64,000 nt of DNA from Selaginella moellendorffii. Lineage: Eukaryota > Plantae > Lycopodiophyta. The stretch is taken from assembly GCF_000143415.4 (NCBI RefSeq), contig NW_003314303.1:310460-374459 (forward strand), written 5' to 3'. This document shows, piece after piece, positions 1-12,345 of this stretch. The notes below the pieces were generated by a model. The model saw only the letters and a program-made list of their open reading frames with translations, searched no databases and was not told where the DNA came from. The position numbers and the translations under genes were made by a program. Every line of letters begins with the position of its first letter. Within the stretch, counting starts at the first letter, position 1.

Positions 1-1160
1 TATAAGACTTTACGGTGTGTTATGTAGAAGGGCTAGAAGTGTTAGTTGGCAAAACCACATTTGTGGAGACTTTTTATCTTGTGAATATCCATCGTGTGGA
101 TTTCATTCTTGGGATGCCATTGTTGGTGAAGGTGGATCTAGAAATAAAGTAAAGTATTAAGCATGTCTCACTGGAGTATAGTAGCATTAAAGATGTGTAA
201 TTTGGAGAGGGAGTTCAACCTCCAATTGTTATGCTCTCTACTACATTTTGAAGTGGGTTTATCATAATGGAAAAACACTTTCGAATTACTTATTATTTGT
301 TCGTGACTTGGGGGACCAAAGCATGTGTGGGGGAGAAGTAACAATACAAGATGTATTTGACGAGTTTTTTGATGTTTTTCCATCTGAACTTCCTCAAGGG
401 TTACTTCCATTATGAGGTGTGGAGCATGGGATTGTGTTGGAGCCGGGAACACAGCCAATTTACCGGTGTCCATTTCAGTTAAGTTATGGGGAGGAGCAAA
501 AAGTTCAATGACAAGTCAAAGAATTACTTGAGTTTGGATTTATTCAATTAAATAAGTCTCTATTTGGTGCTCTGGTCTTGCTTGTGAAGAAGAAAGATGG
601 TTCAATGCAGATGTGTATTAACTACCGTGCCTTGAACAAGAAGATAGTAAAGGATAAAATGCCGATGCCACATGTGGATGATATCTTAGACAAGCTTGGT
701 GAAACACGAGAATGGATATCATTAGATTGCAATGGATGATGCATCTTTCTTCAAGATGGCATTCAACACAAGCTTCAGGCATTTTGAGTTTTTAGTTATG
801 TCATTTGGTTTGATGAATGCACCAACCTCATTTACTCGATTGATGATGGAGGTATTTGAGTGTTATCTTTATGAGTTTGTGGAGATTTTCTTAGATGATA
901 TTCTTGTTTTTAGCAAGAATACGGAGGAGCATCAGATGCATTTGTGCAAAGTTCTTTTGTTATTCCGTGATAGCAAACTTTATGCAAAGAAGAGTAAATG
1001 TGAGTTTGCAAAGTTAGAGGTGGAATATTTAGGCCATATTGTGACATCTAAGGGTGTCAATATGGATCCAAAGAAGGTGGCTATGGTGGAGAATTAGTTT
1101 ATGCCGACTATAGTGGTCGAGTTATACAGTTTCTTTGGTATGGCTAGTTATTACTAATGT
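1..1160 (+). pseudogene. Degenerate Ty3/gypsy pol fragment (protease end and reverse transcriptase)
   Basis: ORF 732-1097 has the RT motifs FEFLVMSFGLMNAPTSF, FLDDILVFSK and KKSKCEF...YLGHIV. Upstream SLFGALVLLVKKKDGSMQMCINYRALNK lies in broken frames, with stops and frameshifts. Confidence 0.9.
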
Positions 1161-1184
1161 TTCCAACATAATTTTGTGGAAGTA

Positions 1185-4100
1185 GGGATGGAAAAATTTC
1201 CACAAATTTTCATTGACTTTTCCAATAGTTAATCTGTTGATGACTTTGCTCAAAAACCATTCTAAATTTCGTAAGCCAATACAAACTAGTGAAAGGGTTA
1301 GAGTTGACTTCGGTTGGCTTAGAACTTAATATGTAGTTTGTATGATGCAACTTGAAAGGGATGTTAACTTTTGGGGCTAAGACAATTGAGTTGGATAGAG
1401 TTTGGAGTTAGTGTAGAAAAGTGGCTGTTATGCTTTTCTAAAAAGGTGACCTTGGTGCCTTTCTTTTATAGCGTTGTGTTTGGTAGCAAAGGTTGCACTT
1501 TGCATTTTGTTAAGACTTTATGAAAGTAATGAGTTTTCACTGATCTTGACTTGGTTTTGGTGGCCTTTTGCTTTAGCTAAGGATGGTGATGTTCAACTTA
1601 GTTGTTTGAAATTGAGATGTTAGTACTCGTACTATAGCTTTGTCTATAAGGAGGTTGTGTACCGATATGAGTCCATCGCATGGTCTTCACTTTAGTTTTG
1701 ACTAAGTGTTGATTGTGCATAGCTAGCCTCTTCAAAGCATGCTCAAAGTTGTTTTCTAAACGCATTAATGAGCTTATTGCGGTTGAGTAGGATTCGAGTA
1801 GTCATGTGTTTGTCTATGAACTTTTGTCTTGTGTTTGAGGTATTATATTCATGTTGGACAAGAATGTGACTTGATGATTTGAGTTTAGTGTTTGAGTCTT
1901 GTGAAGGCAAGTTGAAAAGGTGATTGTTAGTTGCTTGGTTATAAACTTCATCAAGGACTATTTAACACTTTTTTCGCTCGATGATGATTTAATAGTGATG
2001 GGTTTGCTTTACCGGATAGTGTTGCGGAGGATTATGTCATTAGACTTATATGGTTTTTGCCATGATGGTATATCAATTCTACCTTTGTTGATATCATTTG
2101 GTTATATTTAGTCTATGTTGTTAGATTTCATTGAGTCTTGGATGTGGTGAATCATTCCTTGATGATGTATTATATAAAATTGAGTATTGTTGGAGGATTA
2201 GTCTTGGATACTAAGAATGGTATCTTCGACCTTGATTAGCTTGGTTGTTAGAAAGCTTTGAGTGGTGATTCACTCTTGCTTTCTTTTAGCTTTGTTCTAG
2301 TGTTAATGGTATTGAAGTGATGCCTTGTTGTTGACATTATTGTTGTTGAGATTTGAGTTAAATGAGATATCTCTCCGTAGGATTGATATTGAATTTCATT
2401 AGTCTCGATGCAAATAGTGTTGATGATTTGGTTGTAGCTTTGTGTTATTGGCATTCGTGCATTTATTGTAACTATATTGACGTTCAAATGAACTAAGTGG
2501 CAAGTTGGGTTAGTTGTGTTTTAGACGAGATTATTTAGTAGAGGTTGAGCTTTAGCTTTTCCTTAAAAGGTGATTTAGTCGTGGACAATGCTAACTCTAC
2601 AAGAGAAAAGTTAGTGATCGATATTGAAATATTTGAATCTTTATTGGATTTGAGTTGGGATATATTAATCATTGATAATTTTTCTTGTGCTTATTATAAA
2701 GTGAGTTATGTCTTGCTATAAATGGATTTATAAAGGATTATTTGGTGATCACTTGTTGAGCATAGCTTTGTTATGCTTAGCTTTTGGATTGATGCAGACA
2801 TGTTCTCTATTAGCTTTGTATTATGAAATTTAGCTTATAGATATGTTGAGAAGGATATTATGGGTTATGCCATGATTTCTTCTTTAGCATTGAAGTTTAT
2901 TTATGCAAGACTTGTGATCATTATTAGGCAAGACTTGGCTATAAACTTCTTCAAGTTTTTGGTTCTTTGAGTTTTATGCTCATTGTTTTATTTGTTAAAA
3001 ATTATTAGGAAAGGAATTTTGGCTTATTAGTTTTGATATTGAAGTTAGTATTTGCATCTGGCAGTCATTGGTGATGATTGACTATCATCTAGGATAGTTA
3101 ATTATCTTTGTCAAGGGTTTTGCTTGATTATTGTTTGTATAGAATGATTTACCATTCTTTGGGATGATAAATTCTTTCTTCGACGATGATTATGCATCTT
3201 TTTATTGATGGGATGATTGATGTTCTTTTATGATAGTTAGTTGTTCACTTTGATGGTTTATGGCTTTTCACAATACTATATGTTCTTTATTTTTTGCTCT
3301 AGATTGGTCTCTTAGGTTTGAGATATTGGTAGAATGTTGTTAACACTTGCTTAAGCAACTCTGGTTCTTTCATATTGTTGACCGGGATTTAGTCAAATTA
3401 GTTGGTGTGATAGTTGGCATGAATGAGTGTTTGTTAGTGTTGCCACATTCATTTTGTTCTGCTGATTATTGTTCAAGTTAGTTTTAATAAATTATAATGT
3501 TCTTTCCTTTGGGTGATACATTTGCATGCATTTTACTTGCTAGTTAATGATACTTTGTGTTCTTTGATTTGTTTTTCATAAATTGTTTAGCATGCTATCT
3601 ACAATTTTTGATAGTTAAGTTTTATCATTAAGTTTTCTTGATGATACACTAACTATTGGATTTTGTTGGATGGTGAATCTTATGTTTTCCAACTATAATG
3701 ATCTTGGTGGTTTCAATACTCTAATAATGGTTTATCAAATGATAACTTACTTGGAATACTTTCGTGTTCTAATCTAAGCTTTATTCAATGATAATTAAGT
3801 CTCTAAGATATCATTGTTTCTGACTTTGATATTGTCCATCTGTTGATATTTGAATTTGGGCTAGTATACGTAGCTTGGTTTTGGCACTTTGTGTGCATGG
3901 TGAAATCTTTAGTCATGGGGTAGCTACTGTCGACTAGTCACAACACCCACCTCTCTATCAATGTTCCTTGTTCCATTAAAAGGGCATGACCATATAAACA
4001 ACTCTAACTACCTGTTTACAATAGTCTATTTAAACCTTATTGATAGGTTTGGTTTCTTTGCTCATGAGGGTTGGGGCCTCTGGCTTCTCTCTCTATGTCC

Positions 4101-4379
4101 TTGCAGGCAGGGGCGTATCACACTTTTGTAAGCTGGGTGACACCCAGAGCAGCAAGGGTGGCTAACTCTGTTGGTCATTTCCTTATCGGCGACCGCCAAA
4201 AGGTGTTTGAGTTGGTAGTGCATCCGTGTTAGACAAAGAGGTTATCTTAACTCATTTAAGTTGGTGCATTTCTCATATAGTGTGATCACCATGAACTTTT
4301 TCTAGAGTTGTTTCCTTGGCAATGGTCTAAACTGGAGTGTGCATTGACGAGGATGTCGATCTTCCCTAGGGGGGGAGAG
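1185..4379 (+). mobile_element. Long non-coding 3' internal region of an LTR retrotransposon, ending in a PPT
   Basis: Ends in the purine tract AGGGGGGAGAG immediately before TG at ~4380. Homologous in reverse complement to 10115-12345. Confidence 0.7.
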
Positions 4380-5521
4380 TGTCGCGAATGTGACTTCGGG
4401 TATCAAAAGTTACCTGTTAGCCAGTTCTTTCGGATATTCTTTCCTTATTGCCACGACGGCAGAAGGTTGGTATTGCTGGACCCGTTATCAATCTCCGCCT
4501 AAGCTAGTTGAGAAACTGGCCAATGACCATGCACTTAAATTGGATAAACATAAGGTAGGAACCCTATATGTTTCTTGTTGAGCATACTCGGCTTGGTTTG
4601 AGAAACTTGTGTCATTAACTTGCACTTGCTAGTATTAAGAACCCCCATGATATTAAGATTGGTCCTTCAATATCACTACATGATAGTTTACCGTGTCTGC
4701 CAAACACTCTTGCTATCATGCCCTTTGTGTTAGTCTCATTCCAATCCCAAATGCTATTTATGGAAAGTATCTAAATTTGCTCATTTGACATATCTACAGA
4801 ATGTAGAGATTGTCTTGAACACAATGGTATTCGTCCTGTATCCAAATTCGCAATCTAGGGACATTCTATATTTAGTAAGTTTCAAGCTTGTCCTAGAGAC
4901 TAACTCTTGGTACTAAGGGAGGCTTGGGGTGAAAGCCCAAAGCATGTGTTCCTCAAGGGAGGAGGGGTTGGGGGGTTCCAAATGTATAGTAGGGATAATG
5001 GGTAGGTCGGACATGGCTGATTAACTTGAGGCATAGTTTAGCTTCTACTTGTGTGCCTATCCTTGTTCTACGTTCGGCTTGAGTCTAAGCCTAAGCTCCA
5101 CACCATGCTAGCTGGTGGAGTACCTATATCCTTACATTAGGCCATTGGTATGCCAAAATAGTGCCAGACTCCGTTTGGCTCCGTTTTGTGTGCTAGTCTA
5201 GCATTGGTATGTTGAATGCTCTAAGATTGTTCCAAGTCACTCCGTGCTCCTATCCCTTTGCTCCTTAGGCTATATGCTTAAGAGTTGCTCTGTGGTCTGG
5301 TTCTATCACTTCTTGGCTCCATATTTAGGAGTTTTGGCATTTTTCCTTCATTCAGTGGCCCAAGGCCTTGAAACTCAGGTTCCACACCACTGTCCTTTGG
5401 ACACGTGGCATGTGGCATGTGGCATGTGATATGTGGCACATGGAGGGTTTAAGTTCCGCTTCGTGGTTATCCTATAGTAATTCACTATAAGATAAAGGGT
5501 GAAAACTATATACGCTATACA
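4380..5521 (+). mobile_element. LTR (family A), TG...CA, directly after the PPT
   Basis: Begins TGTCGCGAATG and ends ...GAAAACTATATACGCTATACA. Homologous copies lie at 7485-8303 (inverted) and ~37000-37585. Confidence 0.75.
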
Positions 5522-6057
5522 ATATATCCAAATTTCATCCCATGATCACATGTATTATACTTCAGAGATATCAATGTCCTCATTGACTATTGACTAATAA
5601 CCCCTACTAAGCCAAGGGGATTCAACACCTTCATTTCCACATTGAATTTACTAATCCTTCTATTGTGTAAATAAGTTATTTCATATGAAACAACTAATCA
5701 TTCACTGTATCATAATCCTATAGTGGATACCTTCATCCGTGGATGCTCCACAAGAGGAAGGATATATATATAGATGCGTAATACATACGATTTAAAATTT
5801 AGGAGTAGGAATATACCTTACTCAAGGGTATATTATATTTTAAGTAGCCATTAATCAATGGGAATCAAACCTATGCCATTTGTTCCGATACCACATATAG
5901 CATACCCTATCTCTCTCCTTTTAACCTAACTGAAAAAGAGGTAATTGCTTGATGAAAGAGCCTTTAATAGCTATTTTATATCTATTTATCCCTCAAAGTT
6001 CCAAGAATCCACAATGATAGTATATTCAAATCTTATCCCATGATCACATGCGTTACA
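5522..6057 (-). mobile_element. TRIM-like small LTR retroelement (family B) with one truncated LTR
   Basis: PBS-like TGGTATCGGAACA on the minus strand (~5881-5893) next to a ~160-bp LTR (5896-6057). The LTR tail is repeated at 5522-5557. Homologous to 34286-34931. Confidence 0.7.
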
Positions 6058-7484
6058 ACTAACTCCCTAAGCCACCAAAGTACCTAGCACTTTGGCAATT
6101 TGGGGGGTTAAGGTTATTTGAATAACTATAACTAGTTTCAGTTATTAGAGATATGATATTATTTTTTCCAAATTATCTAGAAAGGATGTATTGTCATTAA
6201 TATTTTTTACATATTTTGGAATTATTACAAGAACTTTAAAGAGTATACATAAGGCATATTGAAATATTTTATATTATATTAATCTATGAATGGATGAATC
6301 CTCATCCTTAAATTTATTTTATATTATATTAGATCCTAAACAATAGGCTTATGCTTTTAATGTCATTGAGTAATATTCACAATTATGGATAAAACTTGAC
6401 TCATACTGAGAATTAAATTTGTCATTGAAGGATTATCATTACTAACATCATTATTGACTATCAAATTTAACATGCTGAAAAACCCTTCTTTGGATCTATG
6501 TGAATCCATGCATCAGACATCGTAATAGATAACAATAATGTTAAAATTGTCACACTTGCTCAAGTTAGATATGCTGTAGGATTTAAATTTATTTTATACA
6601 TTGTTGACATTTTTCTTATTGCTCTCTTTAAATTTCAATTTATATTTCATTAGTAGTATAAAGAGAAATAGAGAATCTCAGATGAAGAGGTTTCTTCTTT
6701 TTTTAAATTACCATCTCTTTCATTCTCTTAAAGTATTGTTTCCAAAAGTTTTAATATCGTCGTTTTGATCTTCATCTTGGCTTTATTTCATTAAAGGTTG
6801 TGATTCATAATGACACTGATATAGTTGCATGCTTGGAGTTTCTTTTTTCAAGTGTGAGTGAGGGTAGACAATAATGGGATTTGCAAAATTCCAAATCAAA
6901 GGAAATTTGAGTTTTTGAATCTCTAGTCAAAGTGTTATAATGCACTTTAGCCAAAGTGAATGTGAAGCAAGAGTCAATTATCATCATTTCCTCCTCTTTT
7001 AGTTCAAGAAAAGAAGTCATGCTAGTGCGAGCACTGAATTCACCAACTCCATCTTTATCATTATTCAAATCTATTAATAATACTTTTAAATTTTTATGCC
7101 TTTTAGTCAACATGTGCTTGTTTTTGTATAGGCTTGTGAGCAAGCTTCCATCCTCCTACAATGGCAACATTTTCTTCAAGCTACCACCTCTTGTTAACAA
7201 TATAGATTCCAACAAAAGGGGATGGAAACCAAGTAAGATGTTCATAATTGGTGTAAAATCAAGACTATACACTTTTAACATTTTGAACATATAATATCTA
7301 TAGTTCATTGTGGTAGGCAATTAGATTGTGTGGATGAAGCATGCAATTGAGATCATTGTAGAAATTCAATATTTTTCGATAGATTTACAATCAATCCTCC
7401 TGCCTATGATACCATTGCTGTTGAATTCAAGTGTCAATTTTGCAAAAGTATTCCTCTATATCATGCTATTTGTGAGGCCAGGAT

Positions 7485-8303
7485 TGTAGTGGACATGATT
7501 TTCACCTTTTATCTTATAGTGATTTACTAAAGAACAACCACGAAGCAGAACCTAAACCCTCCATGTGCCATGTGTTATATGCCACATGTCTAAGAACAGT
7601 GGAGTGGAACCCAAGTTTTAGGGCCTTGGGCCACTGAATGAAAGTGTGAGCCAAACTCCCAAGCTTGTAACCAAGGAGCGAAGGAACTGGAGCATAGATT
7701 GATTCTTGAGTGTTCAGCCTAAAGAGCAAAAGGGCAAAAGTACAGAATGACATTGGAATAGTCCTAGAGTGTCCAACTTCCCAAGGCTAAGATTAGCATA
7801 TAAGATGAAGCCAAATGGAGTTTGGCACTATTTCAGCATACTAGTGGTCTAACGCAAGGATATAGGTACTTCACTAGTTAGCATGGTGTGGAACTTGGGC
7901 TTAAACCTAAGCCAGATGTAGAACAAGGACAAGCATGCAAGCGAAAGCTAGACTATGGTTTGGGTTGGTTAGCAATGCCCAACCTACCCACTATCTCTAC
8001 TACACATTTGGAACCCTCTATAACATGCATGCTTTGGGCTTTCACCCTTAGTCACCCTTAGTACCAAGAGTTAGTCTCTAAGACTAACTCAAAACTTACT
8101 AAATATGGAATGGCATTAGATTGCAAATTTGAACACCACCATTGTGTTTAGAACAATCTTTACATTTCGTAAATATGCCAAATTAACAAATCTAGACACT
8201 TTCTATAAATAGCAATTATCCTATTATTATAGTAGTAAGAAAAGAATATCCAAAAGTGCTAAGCGACAAGTAATTTTCAATACTCGCAGTCAAATTCACA
8301 ACA
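7485..8303 (-). mobile_element. LTR (family A), inverted copy with internal deletion
   Basis: The reverse complement aligns by eye with both ends of 4380-5521. Confidence 0.75.
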
Positions 8304-8306
8304 CTC

Positions 8307-10109
8307 TGTAAGCGACTAAATTTTCCATTCTACTTTAGTCACTTAACCACACCTCTGACCACTTGGAGGAGTCTCATTCACAACCTCCATAAGTCCAATC
8401 CAGGACTTGGGACTTGCTAGCCCTGAGAATGGCATCCATGCCACTCAACATTTACACTTGGTCCAAGTGCTCCACGTGTCCGATCCCATGACCGACACTC
8501 AAAGGTGCCACCGACATAGCAGCCCGTTACGCTAAGGCCATGCCCAATCACCTTTGCCACACTGGTAGTCCAATACCACTTGCATCACAGTCTTGGCTCT
8601 CCAAGACTAGGCAAACCATCCGTGAGTGGTCATCTCAGATCCACTCCTTAGCATCCTTAGGATGCCCACCGACAAGGGGATAGCCTTCCCCAATATCCCT
8701 CTGTCAGTCCCCACTAAGTCCCTTTCTGCCCCTGGTCGTGTTTGCCAACACTGCCACTGGATCGAGACCCACAGGCCCGACCACTAAGTCCCACAGTCCT
8801 CTGGGACTTCCTCACCACACAACTGTGTCCTTGGTCACTACCCTAGAGGACTGCTCCTCTTCCTTTCCACAGTCTGGGCCTTTGGGACAACATTTCGGAA
8901 CACCGTGGCCTTACGCGAGCCACCTGGGTACTCTCCTCGCCTTCTGCCCTTGGGTGCTCTAGCCATGGGCTTAGAGCGGGTTCCGTTGAGCCACACCAGG
9001 TATCCAAGTAGGTAGTGCCACCCACACTTGGACTGGGAGCATCGGCCAGTCGATCTCCCGGGGGAACTAGAGCCGGCTCTTGAACACTTCACCAAGCTAC
9101 CCCGCTTGTCGGTCCATGTTCACTCTAGTCTTGGACTTCCCAGTGGGCAGCTCATCACCCAACACTGGGTCCGGCCTTCCTGGGCCAAACTGGCCTTTCC
9201 TGGCCAAACTGGCTCCACTGCAGTCCTCCCCCTACTATACTTTTGGAGCTCACCAAACCCCCCAGGGTCTGGGAGACGAACGCTTTGGGCTTTCACCCTC
9301 TCAGGCTCCAGACTCGGACTCGGACTCGGACTCGGACTCGGACTCGGACTCGGACTCGGACTCGGACTCGGGCTCGGGCTCGGTCTCGGCCTCGGCCTCG
9401 GTCTCGGTCTCGGTCCCGATCTCGGTCTCGGTCTCGGTCTCGGTCCCGGTCTCGGTTCCGGTCTCGGTCTTGACTTCGGACTCCATCTTGGACTCCATCT
9501 CGGGTCCATCTCGGGTCCCATCTCGGACTCCATCTCGGACTCCATCTCGGACTCCATCTCGGGTCCATCTCGGACTCCACTTCGGACTCCAACTCGGGTC
9601 CATCTCGGGTCCACCTCGGACTCCACTTCGGACTCCATCTCGGACTCCATCTCGGGTCCATCTCGGACTCCATTTCGGACTCCAACTCGGGTCCATCTCG
9701 GACTCCACTTCGGACTCCAACTCGAGTCCATCTTGGACTCCATTTCGGACTCCAACTCGGGTCCATCTCGGACTCCACTTTGGACTCCAACTCGAGTCCA
9801 TCTCGGACTCCATTTCAGACTCCAACTCGGGTCCATCTCGGACTCCACTTTGGACTCCAACTCGAGTCCATCTCGGACACTCCCACGTGTCATGTGTTGG
9901 TCCTTTTGGGTCCCTTTTTGGAGCCTTGCCTTTTGCTCGCTTCGTGCTCGTTCCTCGAGCACTTCGTTGGGAGTTCCACTCCCGCTCTTGACTTTTCAAG
10001 TTGGAGCTTTTGGTCCAAACGTGTTACGCTCATTTGGCTCTCGCTTCGGCCACTACCATGTGGCGCCCTTCCGGCTCCACTTTGGGGCCTAGGGATTTTG
10101 TGTCTCACA
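8307..10109. mobile_element. Young solo LTR (1803 bp) with TG...CA ends and 5-bp TSD CACTC
   Basis: CACTC (8302-8306), then TGTAAG...CTCACA, then CACTC (10110-10114). Removing it restores the PPT-LTR junction of the host family-A element. Confidence 0.9.
9311..9880. repeat. CpG-rich tandem array: (GACTCG)10 grading into GGTCTC variants and 12/36-bp GGACTCCATCTC-type units
   Basis: Read directly from the sequence. It generates stop-free low-complexity ORFs in all frames. Confidence 0.95.
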
Positions 10110-10114
10110 CACTC

Positions 10115-12345
10115 TCCCCCCTTAGGGAAGATCCACATTTTTGTTGATGCATACTTTAGTGTAGAACACCTCTAAGGAAACAAGTCCAGAAAAAGTTCAC
10201 CCCCCTTAGGGAAGATCCACATCTTTGTTGATGCATACTTTAGTGTAGAACACCTCTAAGGAAACAAGTCTAGAAAAAGTTCACGGTATTCACACTTGGT
10301 AAGAAATGCACCAACTTAAATGCGTTAAGGTAACCTTTCTATCTAATGCAAATGCACTACCAACTCAGACATATTCCAGCTGTCACCGACAAGGAAATGA
10401 CTAATAGAGTTAACTACCCTTGCTGCTCTGGTTGTCACCCAGCTTACAAAAGACTAATATGCCTCTACTCACAGGTGATATAGAGAGAAAAGCCAGAGGC
10501 CCTAACCTTTATGAGCAACCAAACTAAACCCATTGGTAAGGTTTAGATAGACTACTATAAATAAGAAATTAAAGTTATTTATACAATGACACCCTTTTAA
10601 ATGAAATAAGGAACATCAACAAAGAAGTAGGTGATATGACTAGTTGATAGTAGTTATGCTATGACTAGAGATTTCACCATGCACACGAAATGCTGAAGCT
10701 AGTCCATTTAATTATTAGTGAATAAATTTTAGATTAGAACACAGAAGTATTCTAAGTAAGTTATCATCTGATAAACCAATATTAGAGTACAGAACCGTCA
10801 AAATCATCATAATTGTAAAATATAAAATTCACCACCCGAAAAAATTCAATAGCAAATGTATCATCAATACCACTCGATGATAAAACTTAACTATTAAAGA
10901 TTGAAGACAACATGCTAAACAACTTATGAAAAACAACTAAAAGAACACAAAATATTATTGACAGATAGGCAAAATGCTCGCAAATGTATTACCCAAAAGA
11001 AATAACATCCAAATTTATTACAACCAACCTTAGCAATAATTAATATAACAGAATGAATGTTGCACACCTGTTCATACCAACTATCGCATTAGCTAATTTG
11101 AATAAATCTTAGTTAACAATACCAAAGAACCAGAGTTGCTCATGCAACGTTAGCAATATCCTATTGATATTTTAAACCTAAAAGACCAATCCAGACCAAA
11201 TCACAAAGAACATATCGTAATGCAAAAAGTCATAAGTCATCAAAGAGAATAGCTAATTATCATGAAAGACCATCAATCATCCCATCAATATAGATGCATA
11301 ATCATTGTCAAAAAAAAAATATATTATTCCGAAGAATAGAAAATTATTCTATATCAACAATAATCTAGCAAAACCTTTAACAAGGATAATTAATTATCCT
11401 AAATGACAATCAATCATCACTAATGATTATTACATGCAAAAATTAACTTCAATAATGAAGCTAATGAGCTAAACTACCTTCCCTAACAACTTTAAACAAA
11501 TGGAACAATATGTATAAAACTCAAGAAATAAAAAACTCAAAGAAGCTTAGAGCCAAGTTTTGCATGAACTAACTTCAATACTAAAGAAGAAATTATGGTA
11601 CAACCGACAACATTCTTCTTAATATATCCATAAGCTAAATTTCATAATGCAAATTTAATAAAGAGTATGTCGACATCAATCCAAAAGTTAAACATAATAA
11701 AGCTATGCTCAACAAGTGATTACCAAAAAATCCTCTATAAATTCATCTTCTATAGCAATAAGCTTATTAATACATTTAACCAACAACTCTAAGCATGTCT
11801 TAAAGAGGCTAGCTATGCATGAAGAGTACTTAGTCATAACTAAAATGAAGACCATGAGATGGACTCATATTGGTACACAACTTCCTCATAGACAAAACTA
11901 TAATACAGGTACTAACATCTTAACTACAAACAATTAAGTTGGACATCATTATCCTCAACCAAGGGGAAAAGCTAAACCAAATCAGGATTAGTGAGAATTT
12001 ATTACTTTTATAGAGTTTAATGAAATGCAAAATGCAACCTACCACTTAGCATAACACTATAAAAAAGAGGTACAAAGGTCACTTTTCTAGAAAAGTGTAA
12101 CAATTACTTTACTACACCAACTTTAAACGTTATATAACTTAATTGTCTTAGCCTCAAAAGTCAGCATCCTTTTTGGGTCGCATCATATAAATTACATATT
12201 AAGGTTTAAGCTAACCAAAGTGAAGTCCAACTCTTTCATTAGTTTATAATGGCTTACAAAAACAAAAAAAAATTCAAGCAAAATGATCAATAGATTAGCT
12301 ATTAGAAAAGTGTAAGAAAATTTATGGAAAAATTTTTCATCCTAA
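10115..12345 (-). mobile_element. 3' internal region and PPT of the inverted family-A retroelement
   Basis: Reverse-complement homology to 1185-4379 with deletions. Confidence 0.75.
10118..10284. repeat. Tandem duplication of an ~83-bp PPT-adjacent segment
   Basis: CCCCTTAGGGAAGATCCACAT...GAAAAAGTTCAC occurs twice in succession. Confidence 0.9.

Noticed and set aside
5405-5442. TGGCATG heptamer repeats resembling the palindrome half-site
   Set aside because: These are direct repeats belonging to the family-A LTR (also ~37470-37505) and lack dyad symmetry.
9028-10175. Long overlapping ORFs in all six frames (GL, SD and RT dipeptide runs)
   Set aside because: They result from a stop-free tandem repeat inside a solo LTR.
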